Part shown: piece after piece, positions 40,642-50,919 of the stretch
Layout of the letters: every line of letters starts with the position of its first letter
Position numbering within the stretch: the stretch's first letter is position 1
Assembly (NCBI GenBank): GCA_963741955.1
Contig: CAVUKB010000001.1
Coordinates: forward strand, 1-64,000
Direction of reading: 5' to 3'
DNA: 64,000 bases
Source: an uncultured Acidobacteriota bacterium
GTDB lineage: Bacteria; Acidobacteriota; Thermoanaerobaculia; Gp7-AA8
Program-made: the position numbers and the translations under genes
The notes under the pieces: model-generated
Told to the model about the DNA's origin: nothing
The model's database searches: none
Seen by the model: only the letters and a program-made list of their open reading frames with translations

Positions 40642-42689
40642 TACACGAAGACGTCGCCCTCGGGGAACGGGCTCTCCTGCGTCGGCTCGCGTCCCGCGTC
40701 GCCGTCCTTGCGTGCCTGCGCGGTCGCCCGGTGGTACTCCTGCCGCAGGTGGATCAGCAGAGGTTCGGAGAGCTTCATCACCTCGGCTTCCACTTCGTCC
40801 TTCCTGAACGGAGCGACCTCGGCCACCTCGATTTTCCCGAGCCCCTTCAGCGACACGGAGCCGATCAGCCGGATTCCGATCCAGTCGGCGGCGGCGCCGC
40901 TCGAGCTGATCCCGATGTAATTCGCCCACTCGGTTCGGAGCGACCACGTCTCTTGCCGCTCCTCGTCGATCTCCGATCCGAGCTGTTCGACCAGTGCAGC
41001 GGATGCGACGATTCCTTCGTTCACCAGATGTCCGTTCTGGTTGACGTAGGCGTAGAACCGCCTCGCATGCATCCGGTGGTCGACCAGGTCCACCTCGCTG
41101 GCGAGGGGCTCGAAGAAGCGGCGGACATCGCCGGGATCGTACCCGTGCGCGATGAGGAACGACTGGTACTCTTCGATCTCCTTGCTCGCCTTCCCCGTCG
41201 TCAGTCGCGAGAGCTCGACGATGCCGGGGCCGTAGAACTCCATGGTGTGCTCACTGGATGCACGAAGTGCCTTCATCGGGAGGAGCCGGTAATAACCGAA
41301 GTTCAGCGCGATCCTCAGACCACGGTTGAAAGCGAATCCCTTGTGGCGCATCTCCTCGTAGAATTGCTGAATCTCGACCGCTGCGCCGAGGAGACGGAGA
41401 GCGCGGCGGGTGGTGTAGAACGCGCCGTCGCCGAGAAACTTTTCGAACTGCAGATTGTGCCGTTCGGTGATCTTCAGCAGCGTGCGCTGGAACAGGAGCA
41501 TCTGGCGATAGGAGGTGACTTCCCCCTTCCGGCCGCTCCGCACGATCTCGCCGAGTGTCTCGGAGAATGCGGTGATGTCGTACATCAGCCCGAAACGGTA
41601 GACCATCGGGTCGACCACCCCGGCGCGACCGAAGTCGAGCGGCCGGGTGTTTCGGGAGTAGACGGTCGGGAGGGAACGATCGACCGGAACGGTCTCTCCG
41701 GTCGCGGTGGTGGTCATGAAGACGATCGCCCGCCGGAGCTGGTGCAGAATCGTGAAGCAGCCGAGTCTCCGGGCGAGGGCCTGCAACTGCTCACGCTCCT
41801 GAGAAGAGAGGACGGTGGCGACCGACGGCTGTCTGAAGAGGAACTGTTGAATCCTCGGGTCGAAGAGGATGGCGCTGTCGGCGCCGGCGGCCGGATCGAC
41901 GCCGAACAGAGCGAGTGCGGTGCGGGCAGTGGTATTGCGATCGAGGAGCTCGGCGGTTGCGTTCCGGAAGCGCTCCATCATCTCGCGGACCTGCTGGAAG
42001 TCGACGTGGGCGTATCCGTTGAGGAACGGTTTGAGCTCGCGCAGATCGGGTCCGATGAACTCCTCGGTGAAGATCAGGACGTTTTCCTGCAGCAGCCGGA
42101 AGAACCGCTCCCCACGCTCCTCGTCTCCGTCGAGCATCTTGTTCGCACGCCCCACCATCCGGCCGACGTGGTCGGACATCTCGCTCGCCCAGCGCGCGAA
42201 CGCGCGGTACTTGATCGCGTCCGCCTGAGTGCGGGCCGCCTGCGTGTCGATCGCTCCGATCCGTCTCGCGACGCTGGAGAACTGCCTCGAGACATCGAGT
42301 GAATGGGCGAGCCAGAAGACGGCGTGATAGTCGGCGAGAAGACTCGAGAGCATCGAGTTCTCGGCGAGTTTGACCGCCTGGATCGAGTACGCCTCCAGAG
42401 CCTGCTGGGAGCGTTCCTTCGAGTCGCTCTGCCGGAGCTGCCAGAGAATTTCTTCGTTGAGCCAGCGATCGAATCGGGTGTCGAGCTCCCGCAACGCGAT
42501 CGATTCACCGACCGGAAATCCGAGGGTGGGGGCCGCGAATTCGTCGGTGAAGAAGATCTTGTACGGAGTCGGGAGGATGTCCTCCGCCCGACCGAAGAGT
42601 TCCTCGATCGTCTTCTCCAGACCGGAAGAGAGGACGAACGGCGAGCCTTCCAGTTTCGGCTCGAGGTATTCGATCAGGGCGTCGCGCAT
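40641..42689 (-). CDS. Hypothetical protein with divergent class III nucleotidyl cyclase domain
   Basis: YDITAFS, EKFLGDG, LRIALNFG, FYGPGIVELSRL, GIVAS, SLKG motifs in cyclase order. Confidence 0.65.
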   Translation of the reverse strand: MRDALIEYLEPKLEGSPFVLSSGLEKTIEELFGRAEDILPTPYKIFFTDEFAAPTLGFPVGESIALRELDTRFDRWLNEEILWQLRQSDSKERSQQALEAYSIQAVKLAENSMLSSLLADYHAVFWLAHSLDVSRQFSSVARRIGAIDTQAARTQADAIKYRAFARWASEMSDHVGRMVGRANKMLDGDEERGERFFRLLQENVLIFTEEFIGPDLRELKPFLNGYAHVDFQQVREMMERFRNATAELLDRNTTARTALALFGVDPAAGADSAILFDPRIQQFLFRQPSVATVLSSQEREQLQALARRLGCFTILHQLRRAIVFMTTTATGETVPVDRSLPTVYSRNTRPLDFGRAGVVDPMVYRFGLMYDITAFSETLGEIVRSGRKGEVTSYRQMLLFQRTLLKITERHNLQFEKFLGDGAFYTTRRALRLLGAAVEIQQFYEEMRHKGFAFNRGLRIALNFGYYRLLPMKALRASSEHTMEFYGPGIVELSRLTTGKASKEIEEYQSFLIAHGYDPGDVRRFFEPLASEVDLVDHRMHARRFYAYVNQNGHLVNEGIVASAALVEQLGSEIDEERQETWSLRTEWANYIGISSSGAAADWIGIRLIGSVSLKGLGKIEVAEVAPFRKDEVEAEVMKLSEPLLIHLRQEYHRATAQARKDGDAGREPTQESPFPEGDVFV

Positions 42690-42787
42690 CGGGCGATCCC
42701 GAGTATAGGCCGTCGGCCCGGCGGGTGAAAGTCCGGCCGGCCGCTTCGTTCCTTCGGAGCGACTGCGACCAATGCTAAGATCGCTGC

Positions 42788-43504
42788 ATGATCGAGACCT
42801 CCGAAGCGGTGTGCGACATCTGCGGCGGGAGCGGCTGGAGAGAGGTCGAGCCGCGCCGGATGGGCCCCTGCGGATGTCGTGAAGAAAGACGAAGAGTGCA
42901 GAGGTTTGCCGCGGCGCACATTCCCGCTCGGTACGCCGGCTGCACGCTCGATCATTTTCACGACCGCGGACATGGTCCGCTGGTCCGGGCCAGGCGCAGA
43001 GTCGCCGAATTCGTCGAATGCTGGCCCGCGTTCGATCGGGGTCTGCTGCTGATGGGACCGCCCGGCGTCGGGAAGACCCATCTCGCAGTCGCCGCGCTCC
43101 AGGAGATCATCGGGCTCGGAAAACCGGGAAAGATGCGGTTCAGCAATTTTCAGGATCTGATTCAGGAGATTCACGCTTCTTTCAGCTCGGACCAGACGCC
43201 GAGCAAGTTCGAAATTCTCCAGCCGGTGCTGGAAGCGGATCTTCTCGTGCTCGACGAGCTCGGCTCCCAGAAGCCGACCTCGTTCGTCCAGGACACGCTC
43301 TACTACATCATCAACAGCCGGTACAACGAGGCTCGCGCGACGATCTTCACTTCCAACTACTACGACGAGCGCCCGCGTGAAGGAGGAGAGATCCTCGAGG
43401 AACGGATCGGCCGCGCACTCCGCAGCCGGCTGTTCGAAATGACCGAGCGTGTCGTGATCGACTCCGATGACTACCGGAAAGTCGTGAAGGCGCGGACCAT
43501 CTGA
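42788..43504 (+). CDS. DnaC/IstB-like AAA+ ATPase
   Basis: CDIC..CGC, GPPGVGKT, LLVLDELG, TIFTSN, RSRLFEM. Confidence 0.88.
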   Translation: MIETSEAVCDICGGSGWREVEPRRMGPCGCREERRRVQRFAAAHIPARYAGCTLDHFHDRGHGPLVRARRRVAEFVECWPAFDRGLLLMGPPGVGKTHLAVAALQEIIGLGKPGKMRFSNFQDLIQEIHASFSSDQTPSKFEILQPVLEADLLVLDELGSQKPTSFVQDTLYYIINSRYNEARATIFTSNYYDERPREGGEILEERIGRALRSRLFEMTERVVIDSDDYRKVVKARTI

Positions 43505-44433
43505 TGACTCTTTCCACCCTCTTTCGCCGCAGCCTCGACGATGTGATCGCCAACTGGCCGTTGATCCTCGTCCGTGTCGCGGAAGGGTTCGTCGTGTTCG
43601 GCACGATCATCTTCTCCATCCTGGTGGCGGTAGTTCCTCTCGGGATCTTCGCGTCGCTGCGCGATTTCGACTTCCGGAATGGCGATCCGACGCGGATCCT
43701 CGGCGCGATCACGGCGGGGCAGCTCGCCGCGGTTCTCTACGCTCTTCTGGTGGTCGGCATCGCGGTCGGCGTGCTCATCGCGATCCGTTCGTTCGTGGAA
43801 GCGGGAACCGTGGCGGTCATGGCCGAGGCCGAGCGCACGGGAACCGAATCGCCGGTTCCCTCGTTCACCCTCGATCGCTGGTTCCGCGCCGCTCGGAACG
43901 GATGGTGGCGAGTCTTCCTGATCTACAACGTGATCTGGGGAGTGGCCTCGCTGATCCTCCTCTTCCCGCTGCTCGCGATTGCCGCGGTCGCCGTTCGCTG
44001 GCTCGAGCATCCTGCGGTGCTCGTCGCGGGATGCGCGCTGGCGCTCGTCTTCGTTCTGGTGGCCCTGGTGGTCAGTCTCATCACCCATCTGTGGACTCAC
44101 TTTTCGATCACCGCGAGCATTTACGGGCGGCTCGGCGCGGTGGAGGGGATGAAGGAGGGACTCCGGCTCTTCCGCCGTCACGCCGGACCGGCAATCGTCG
44201 TCCTGATCGTCTCCTTCGTGATCTCCTTCGCCGTCGGAATGCTCGGCGCGATCCTGAATCTGGCGCACGGCGCATCCCAGCACGCGCCGTTTCTGAATCT
44301 CGTGTTCCTCCCGATGCAGCTGGTGATGTTCTTCGTCCAGTCGGCGCTCGGCGTTTTCCTCGGCCTCTGGTTCACGGCGGCGATCGTCTCCCTGGTGGTT
44401 CGCGGGGGAGGGTTCGAGCCGCTTCCTGCCTGA
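43504..44433 (+). CDS. Multi-pass membrane protein of unknown function
   Basis: About six hydrophobic segments; translationally coupled (TGATG). Confidence 0.75.
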   Translation: MTLSTLFRRSLDDVIANWPLILVRVAEGFVVFGTIIFSILVAVVPLGIFASLRDFDFRNGDPTRILGAITAGQLAAVLYALLVVGIAVGVLIAIRSFVEAGTVAVMAEAERTGTESPVPSFTLDRWFRAARNGWWRVFLIYNVIWGVASLILLFPLLAIAAVAVRWLEHPAVLVAGCALALVFVLVALVVSLITHLWTHFSITASIYGRLGAVEGMKEGLRLFRRHAGPAIVVLIVSFVISFAVGMLGAILNLAHGASQHAPFLNLVFLPMQLVMFFVQSALGVFLGLWFTAAIVSLVVRGGGFEPLPA

Positions 44434-44463
44434 CGATCTGATCTCATTCGAACGGATGGTTCC

Positions 44464-45675
44464 ATGGACAAGCAGTTTCACGATCTCTTCTCGAGCGATG
44501 CGCGCAACTTCCGTCCCTCCGCGATCCGCGCATTCGCGCGGCTGATCAACGACCCGAACATCATCTCCTTCGCCGGAGGAGTTCCGAGTCCCGCGACGTT
44601 CCCGGTCGAGCTGGTGGCGCGCTGCGCCGATACGGTGATCCGCACCCGCTCGTCGATTGCGCTGCAGTACGGACCGACTCCCGGGCTCCCTCGCTTGCGC
44701 GACTCCATCGCCTCGATCAGCCGGTCGCGCGGGATCGAGTGCGCGGCGGAGGACGTGATGGTCACCACCGGCTCGCAACAGGCGCTCGATCTGGTCGCCC
44801 ACGTCCTGCTCGACCCCGGCGACGTGGTGCTGGTCGAGCTTCCGACGTACATCGGAGCGTCCTCGTCGTTCTACGCCCGGAGCGCCGAGCTCGCGGGGGT
44901 GTGCCAGGACGATGAAGGGATCGTCCCGGAAGATCTTCGAGCGGTACTCGCGCGCCTGAAGAAGGATGGGAAGAACGCGAAGTTTCTCTACACCATCCCG
45001 AACTTCCAGAATCCTTCGGGGCGGGTGATGAAGCGGGAGCGCCGCGCCGAGGTGAATTCCATCGCCGCCGAGGCCGGGATCATCGTGGTGGAGGACGATC
45101 CGTACGGCGAAGTGAAGTTCGATCCCTCCACCGACACCACCCCGATCAAGGCGCTCGGCGAGTCGGCCCACGTGGTCTACCTCGGGTCGTTCTCCAAAGT
45201 GCTCGCGCCAGGACTCCGATGCGGGTGGATTCTCGCGGATCCGTTACTCCTCCGGATGTTCGAGCTGGCGAAGGAGGCGGCGGATCTCTGCTCGGGGATG
45301 CTCGACCAGTCGATCGTCGACGAGCTCTGCGCGTCGGGAGACCTCCCGTCGCAGATCGAGAGAGTGCGGGAGTTCTATCGCGCGCGATGCGGCGTGCTGA
45401 TGGATGCGCTCCAGGCGCGATTCGCGGGACGCGCGACGTGGACCCAGTCGACCGGCGGGCTCTTCACGTTTCTCACGCTCAACGACCGCGTCGACACGCG
45501 GGAGTGGGTGCGGCGCTCCATCGATGCGGGAGTGGCGTACGTTCCCGGCGCACCGTTTTTCGTCGATGGGAGCGGCCTCGAGACCATGCGCCTGACTTTT
45601 GCAAAGGAGCCCGACGATCGACTGCGGGAGGGGATCGATCGCCTCGCGCGAGTTTTTCTCGATCGGGAGGGGTAG
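44464..45675 (+). CDS. PLP-dependent aminotransferase (LysN-like, class I/II)
   Basis: ISFAGG, TGSQQAL, NFQNPSG, EDDPY, SFSKVLAPGLR. Confidence 0.9.
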   Translation: MDKQFHDLFSSDARNFRPSAIRAFARLINDPNIISFAGGVPSPATFPVELVARCADTVIRTRSSIALQYGPTPGLPRLRDSIASISRSRGIECAAEDVMVTTGSQQALDLVAHVLLDPGDVVLVELPTYIGASSSFYARSAELAGVCQDDEGIVPEDLRAVLARLKKDGKNAKFLYTIPNFQNPSGRVMKRERRAEVNSIAAEAGIIVVEDDPYGEVKFDPSTDTTPIKALGESAHVVYLGSFSKVLAPGLRCGWILADPLLLRMFELAKEAADLCSGMLDQSIVDELCASGDLPSQIERVREFYRARCGVLMDALQARFAGRATWTQSTGGLFTFLTLNDRVDTREWVRRSIDAGVAYVPGAPFFVDGSGLETMRLTFAKEPDDRLREGIDRLARVFLDREG

Positions 45676-47898
45676 TTGAAGGTTCGAGCTCTCTGGATTC
45701 CAATCATCGCCTCATCACTCGTCGTCGCGTGCGCGACGACTGCACCTGCACCCGCTCCCGCCCCTGCACCTGGAGCCAGGGCGGCCAACGTGCTGACGCC
45801 GCTCGCGACCGCGCCGAAGGCGATCGCGACTCCGGTCGTCCGAGTCGGACTCGAATCCGATCAGGCCACCGCGACCTCGCCGCGCGTTCCGGGCGGATAC
45901 GTCATCGTGACCGGCAAAGGTCCGTGGCAGCTCGGCCGGGGGTTCACTCTGCACGCTCCTCTGGAGAACGCGGTGCCGCGCTTCGGCGTGCAGGTCGCCG
46001 CGCTTTCGGATCAGAGCAGCGCGGAGGCGCTCGCGGCCAAAGCGCGACAGGAAACCGGCGCGGAGGCCGGCGTGGTGTTCGATTCCGGCGGTGGCGTCTA
46101 CAAGGTGATCGTCGGTGATTTCGCCTCCGCGGAGGAAGCGACTCCATTCCGTCAGACCCTGGTGGACAAAGGCTATGCGAAGGACAGCCTGATCGTCCGC
46201 CGGCCGTCGACGCAGACGTTCCAAAAGGAGATCCGTCTGGTCGACGACGAAGGCAACGAATACACCTTCGCCGGGGAGTCGATTCTCGTGCTCCCCGCGC
46301 AGGGCGAGACGATCGAGATCGCCGATCATCCGTACCGCGGCGGCGCGAGGGTGTTCGTCAACAGCCGGGGGCTGCTCAACGTGATCAACGAGCTCAACCT
46401 CGAGGATTACGTGCGCGGCGTGATCCCGAACGAGATGGGTCCCAGGACGTATCCCGCCCTGGAGGCACTAAAGGCTCAGGCGCTCGCCGCTCGGACCTAT
46501 GTCTTCAAGCGGCTCGGCGAGTACTCCGCGGAAGGTTACGACATCTGTCCCACCCCGGCGTGTCAGGTCTACAAAGGATTCAGCACCGAGGATCCTCTGA
46601 CCGACCAGGCGGTGAAGGAGACCGAGGGTCAGGTCATCACTTTCGACGGTCAACCCATCGATGCGCTCTTCACTTCCACCTGCGGCGGGGCGACGTCGGA
46701 CGTGTCGACCATGTTTCCCGACCGGCACGAGCCGTATCTGAAGGGCGTTCCGTGTGTGGAGCTGCAGACCACGACCATCACGGGACGAGAGATCACTCCG
46801 CTGCTGACCGAGACTCAGACCGCAGCCCGGATCTTCGAAGCGATCACCGGCGCCCCGGCGGCCGGAAACAGCTGGAGTGCATCGGACGTTGCGACCGCGA
46901 CCCGGGCCGCGGCGAAGAGCGCCGGATTTCCGATCGACTCCTCTGCCCGTCCCGCATCCAGCCGCCGCGGCGACGTCCTCCGGTATCTCGGCCGGGTCCT
47001 CCACTTCGACGATGCGTCGAACGTGCTTCTCCTTCCGCAGGACCGCGCGTATTTCTTCCCCACCAGCTCTCCGGATGCCGATCCGTATCCCGCCGCGGCA
47101 TTCATGATCAAGTACCGGATCCTTCCGAGTCAGAACATCGACAAGGTCGACCTCGACGCGGCCATGCCGCGCGACGAACTGCACGCCGTTCTGTATCACT
47201 GGATGGAGAACTACGGCGCGCTGAGCGAGGTGAAGGGAGTGCTGGCGACCGCCGACGGGCGCGCCCTGTCGCTCCGGGCCGGCGGGAAGACCCTCTCCTA
47301 CACTCTCCCGGACGGTATTCCGCTCTTCCGCGTGATCAACGACCGCGCGCAGGAACAGCAGAGCGTGACCACCATGACCGGCGACCGGGTCACGGTATTC
47401 GCCGACCGGAGTGGAAGAGTCGGGGCGCTCGAAGTGGAAGGAAATTACGACGGCGCGGCCTTCGACCGGACCTCTGCGTACTCGAGCTGGGTACGGAGCT
47501 ACCGGGCGGACGAGCTGGTTCCGGCGATCAGCCGGCGCTTCCCGATCCAGAAGCTCCAGGATCTGAGGCCGACCGTCGTCGACCCCGCGCACCGGGTGGC
47601 GGAGATGGAGGTCACCGCCGAAGGGGGTCGGGTCTTCACCATGAAGGGAATCGTGATCCGCTGGTCGCTCAAGCTTCCGGACAACCTCTTCTGGATGTCG
47701 AAGACGAAGGATTCCGACGGTGTCGATCGCTATACGTTCTTCGGGAAGGGATGGGGACACGGAACCGGGATGTGCCAGGTCGGCGCGTATGGAATGGCCG
47801 TCCGCGGCTGGACCGCCGACAAGATCGTGAAGTGGTACTACACCGGAGTGGAGATCACGCCGGTGTCGTCGCTGACTGCGGCGAACGCCACGCCGTAA
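45676..47898 (+). CDS. SpoIID/LytB-domain lipoprotein with SPOR domain
   Basis: LVVAC lipobox; LEDYVRGVIPNEM, ALKAQALAARTY, CQVY, GWGHGTGMCQVGA. Confidence 0.88.
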   Translation: MKVRALWIPIIASSLVVACATTAPAPAPAPAPGARAANVLTPLATAPKAIATPVVRVGLESDQATATSPRVPGGYVIVTGKGPWQLGRGFTLHAPLENAVPRFGVQVAALSDQSSAEALAAKARQETGAEAGVVFDSGGGVYKVIVGDFASAEEATPFRQTLVDKGYAKDSLIVRRPSTQTFQKEIRLVDDEGNEYTFAGESILVLPAQGETIEIADHPYRGGARVFVNSRGLLNVINELNLEDYVRGVIPNEMGPRTYPALEALKAQALAARTYVFKRLGEYSAEGYDICPTPACQVYKGFSTEDPLTDQAVKETEGQVITFDGQPIDALFTSTCGGATSDVSTMFPDRHEPYLKGVPCVELQTTTITGREITPLLTETQTAARIFEAITGAPAAGNSWSASDVATATRAAAKSAGFPIDSSARPASSRRGDVLRYLGRVLHFDDASNVLLLPQDRAYFFPTSSPDADPYPAAAFMIKYRILPSQNIDKVDLDAAMPRDELHAVLYHWMENYGALSEVKGVLATADGRALSLRAGGKTLSYTLPDGIPLFRVINDRAQEQQSVTTMTGDRVTVFADRSGRVGALEVEGNYDGAAFDRTSAYSSWVRSYRADELVPAISRRFPIQKLQDLRPTVVDPAHRVAEMEVTAEGGRVFTMKGIVIRWSLKLPDNLFWMSKTKDSDGVDRYTFFGKGWGHGTGMCQVGAYGMAVRGWTADKIVKWYYTGVEITPVSSLTAANATP

Positions 47899-47955
47899 CC
47901 GGAACGGACGGCGCAGACTCCTGGCCCGCGCTCTTCAGAGTCCGCGGGCCGTTCT

Positions 47956-49563
47956 TCACGTGCCGAGCTCGTACACGAACATGATGATCATGATGGCCAC
48001 TCCGATCGAGCCGGTTCCGATCACCAGGATCGCGTTCCACGGTCCGACGAGCGTCGTCGCATAGACGTACGACAGGCCGGTGAGCGTCGCCAGCGAAAAG
48101 ACGAAGAGCTGCAGCAGTCCCTCTCTCTGCGCATCGGGTGCGGCAAAGAGAAGCTCCCGCAGAAAACGCTGCGCGATGAGGATGAAGAGGATCATCGCCA
48201 GAATCGACGAGCCTCCGATGAAATTGGAGGAGAGAAAAAAGTCGTACGCTCCATGGATGCCGATCACGATGAGGAACGTCACGTTCAGATCGCCCGACGG
48301 CCTCCGTCGCGACTTGCTGATGTCGTACGCCGCGACTGCGACCAGCGCGGTGAGCGCCATGTGGAGGAAGTTCGCGGTGAGAAACCGCCCCAGCGCCGCG
48401 GACATGTCCATCGAGTGGAAGTAGCCGATGTTCTCTTCCGCGGCGAACCCGAGCCCGACCATCGCACCGCAGGTCAGAGCTTCGATCCTCGAACCGCGGC
48501 GGTTCAGCCACGGGAGAAGAGGGAGAAAGAGAAGGAACTTCGAGAGCTCTTCGCGAAGTCCGACCCCGAAGACGAAGTAGATCGCGTCGGGGATCGGCTG
48601 TCCCATCGGGTGAAGCTTGAACACCGTCTCTTCGAGCGTGATCAGGAGGAGCGTGGGATAGACGCTCAGGATGCCGAGCGCGAATGCGGTGAGGTAGAGG
48701 GCCCGCCGTCCCGGAACGTGCTCGTCGGCGCGTCCCATTCTCGAGGCGATGGCGAACCAGAGGACGGCCGCACAGGCAGCCAGAATCAGCGGCCACGCGC
48801 GCGTGCCGTCGAAGCCCGCGGGCCAGAGCCAGACCAGCACCGCCGCCCAGTCGCGGTCGTGCTCGGCGAGTGAGAGCCGGACCGATGCTCCGATCGCGTC
48901 GCTGAAGCGAGGGTCGTGCACGCGCTGGCGGATCTGCTCCCACTTTCCGGCATCCGCCCAGAGCTCGATCGCGTCCTTCAGATCCTCGGCGGCTCTCACC
49001 GGATACGCGAGACCTTCCCGTTCGAACCGCCGCGCGGCCTCCTCCTCGTCTCCGCTCTCGAGGCCTGCGCGCGCGAGGAGATGATTCGCCCACCGGGGCG
49101 GCGGCGTGTGATCGGCGAGCGCAACGACCGGCGCCGCGGCCGCCGGATCGCCGCCGGCACGGAAGCGGTACCAGTACCGGGCGAGAATCGCTGTGGTTGG
49201 GTCGATGTCCGGGCGTCGAAGAATGGACGCGAGATCGACGCTCTGGTGTTCACCACGGGCGAACGACGCTGCGACGAGCGGGTCCTGAAGCGTGTGCAGA
49301 AGGAGATGCTCGTTGTCGATGAAGCCGACGATCGTCGGGAGGCTCACGCGTTTCGATTGCAGCGCCTGACGGTAGAGCGCGTCGGCCTCCTCGAACTCTC
49401 CCATCGACGAGAGCCGGTCCGCGCGTTCCGCGGGAGTGCCTTTCTCTGCGAGGAAGAATGAGACGGCGAAGGCGGACAAGAGCGCGATCACGGCGATTGC
49501 CAGCGCGGGGAGCGCGAGTCTCCGGAGATGCGCTCGCCGTTTCATCCCGTAGAAGGAGCCCAT
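47956..49563 (-). CDS. PrsW-family intramembrane protease with extracytoplasmic TPR-like domain
   Basis: GLREELSK, GLGFAAEEN, LHMALT, IHGAYDF. Confidence 0.85.
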   Translation of the reverse strand: MGSFYGMKRRAHLRRLALPALAIAVIALLSAFAVSFFLAEKGTPAERADRLSSMGEFEEADALYRQALQSKRVSLPTIVGFIDNEHLLLHTLQDPLVAASFARGEHQSVDLASILRRPDIDPTTAILARYWYRFRAGGDPAAAAPVVALADHTPPPRWANHLLARAGLESGDEEEAARRFEREGLAYPVRAAEDLKDAIELWADAGKWEQIRQRVHDPRFSDAIGASVRLSLAEHDRDWAAVLVWLWPAGFDGTRAWPLILAACAAVLWFAIASRMGRADEHVPGRRALYLTAFALGILSVYPTLLLITLEETVFKLHPMGQPIPDAIYFVFGVGLREELSKFLLFLPLLPWLNRRGSRIEALTCGAMVGLGFAAEENIGYFHSMDMSAALGRFLTANFLHMALTALVAVAAYDISKSRRRPSGDLNVTFLIVIGIHGAYDFFLSSNFIGGSSILAMILFILIAQRFLRELLFAAPDAQREGLLQLFVFSLATLTGLSYVYATTLVGPWNAILVIGTGSIGVAIMIIMFVYELGT

Positions 49564-49643
49564 CCGTTCATTCTAGCCCGGATGATTCACGGGCTTTCGT
49601 CGCGAGGAGAAGGAAGCCGTTCTGCCAGAGGATCCCGGCCGCT

Positions 49644-50795
49644 CTACTCCGTCGACAGCACCATCGCGAGCGAGAGCGCGATCCGGCGGTCGAGAAGAAA
49701 TGCCGGGTCTCCGTTCAGATCGAGTCGACGCGCGCTCCGGTCGCGGTGCACGAAGCGGCCGACCGGACTCCCGCCGACGAAGATCTGAAAGTTACTCCGG
49801 AGCGCTCCGAAGAGCCGCAGAAAGAGACGAAAAAAAGGGAGGAGATGCCCCTCCTCGACAGCATATCCGAGCGTCCTGACTCCGACTTCGTCCACGATCC
49901 ACCAGCGATTCCGCAGCAGTCGGTCCAGCGGCCGCTTCTGGAATGACGCGATCACCCTCCCGTCCGCCTCCCTCGCGCTGAACCTCTTTCGAGGAGATGC
50001 GAACGGTGTCTCCTCGGCGACCATCAGCTCCACCTCGTCACGCGCGCTGCCGGTGCCGAAAAGCGAAGCCAGGCGCCGAGGAACCAGAGCCGCGATCAGC
50101 ATCGAGAATCCGACCGTCAGTGCGATTGCGAGAAGGGCGGGAAGATAGAGGTTCTCGGCGGCGAGATAGCCTCCCGCGGCGACTCCCGCAACTCCGACCA
50201 GAAGGAGAACGGTCGCCGCGATCCACTCCAGCCCGTCCCGGCTCGTCTCGATCCGGAAGAGCGGTCTTTCTTCCGCATCCCGAACAGATCGTATTCTGCG
50301 GGAGGAATCGCTGACGAAAATGTATTCGAGACGGTGGTACCGCGATTGCGGCCACGGGCCGCTCGACACCGACTTCTTCGACTCCCCGGTTCCCCGCTTC
50401 GGCTCGAGAGTGGTCACCGCGGGCGCGTCGGCCGGAGAGGGATGACTCCGCTCGTGCGGCTTCGTGTTCACATCGTCTCCCGAACCACTTCGGGAGGACT
50501 GATCGGGAAGGTCTTCGGTGAACTTTCCGAGACTGTTGCCGAGCTTCAGCTCCGCTCCGTCGATCAGAGGCGCGACACGGATTTTCCGGCCGTTCACGAA
50601 ACTGCCGTTCGAGCTGTCGAGGTCGTGCAGGACGAAGAACCCCCGCTCGAAGACGACCTCGGCGTGGTGGCGCGAGACTTTGGGATCCCGAAGGACGACG
50701 TCATTCCCCGGGTCGCGTCCGATCCGCAGAGTCCTCTGCGGATGCAGCCGGAACGACTGCTCACCATCCGCCCCGAAGAACGTCAGTTTCGCCAT
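49644..50795 (-). CDS. FHA-domain membrane protein
   Basis: IGRDPGND, VSRHHA, DLDSSNGSFVNG; two TM helices; C-terminal beta-rich domain. Confidence 0.82.
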   Translation of the reverse strand: MAKLTFFGADGEQSFRLHPQRTLRIGRDPGNDVVLRDPKVSRHHAEVVFERGFFVLHDLDSSNGSFVNGRKIRVAPLIDGAELKLGNSLGKFTEDLPDQSSRSGSGDDVNTKPHERSHPSPADAPAVTTLEPKRGTGESKKSVSSGPWPQSRYHRLEYIFVSDSSRRIRSVRDAEERPLFRIETSRDGLEWIAATVLLLVGVAGVAAGGYLAAENLYLPALLAIALTVGFSMLIAALVPRRLASLFGTGSARDEVELMVAEETPFASPRKRFSAREADGRVIASFQKRPLDRLLRNRWWIVDEVGVRTLGYAVEEGHLLPFFRLFLRLFGALRSNFQIFVGGSPVGRFVHRDRSARRLDLNGDPAFLLDRRIALSLAMVLSTE

Positions 50796-50919
50796 CCGTC
50801 CAATTCTAACGTAAACGATGATCAGCGAAAGGCTTATCGAATGAGCTCGGAATCGAGAGTCGGGTTCGCTGCTCCGCTTTCTCGCGACGAGGCGGTGCGA
50901 GAGATCCAGGGCCGGTCTC

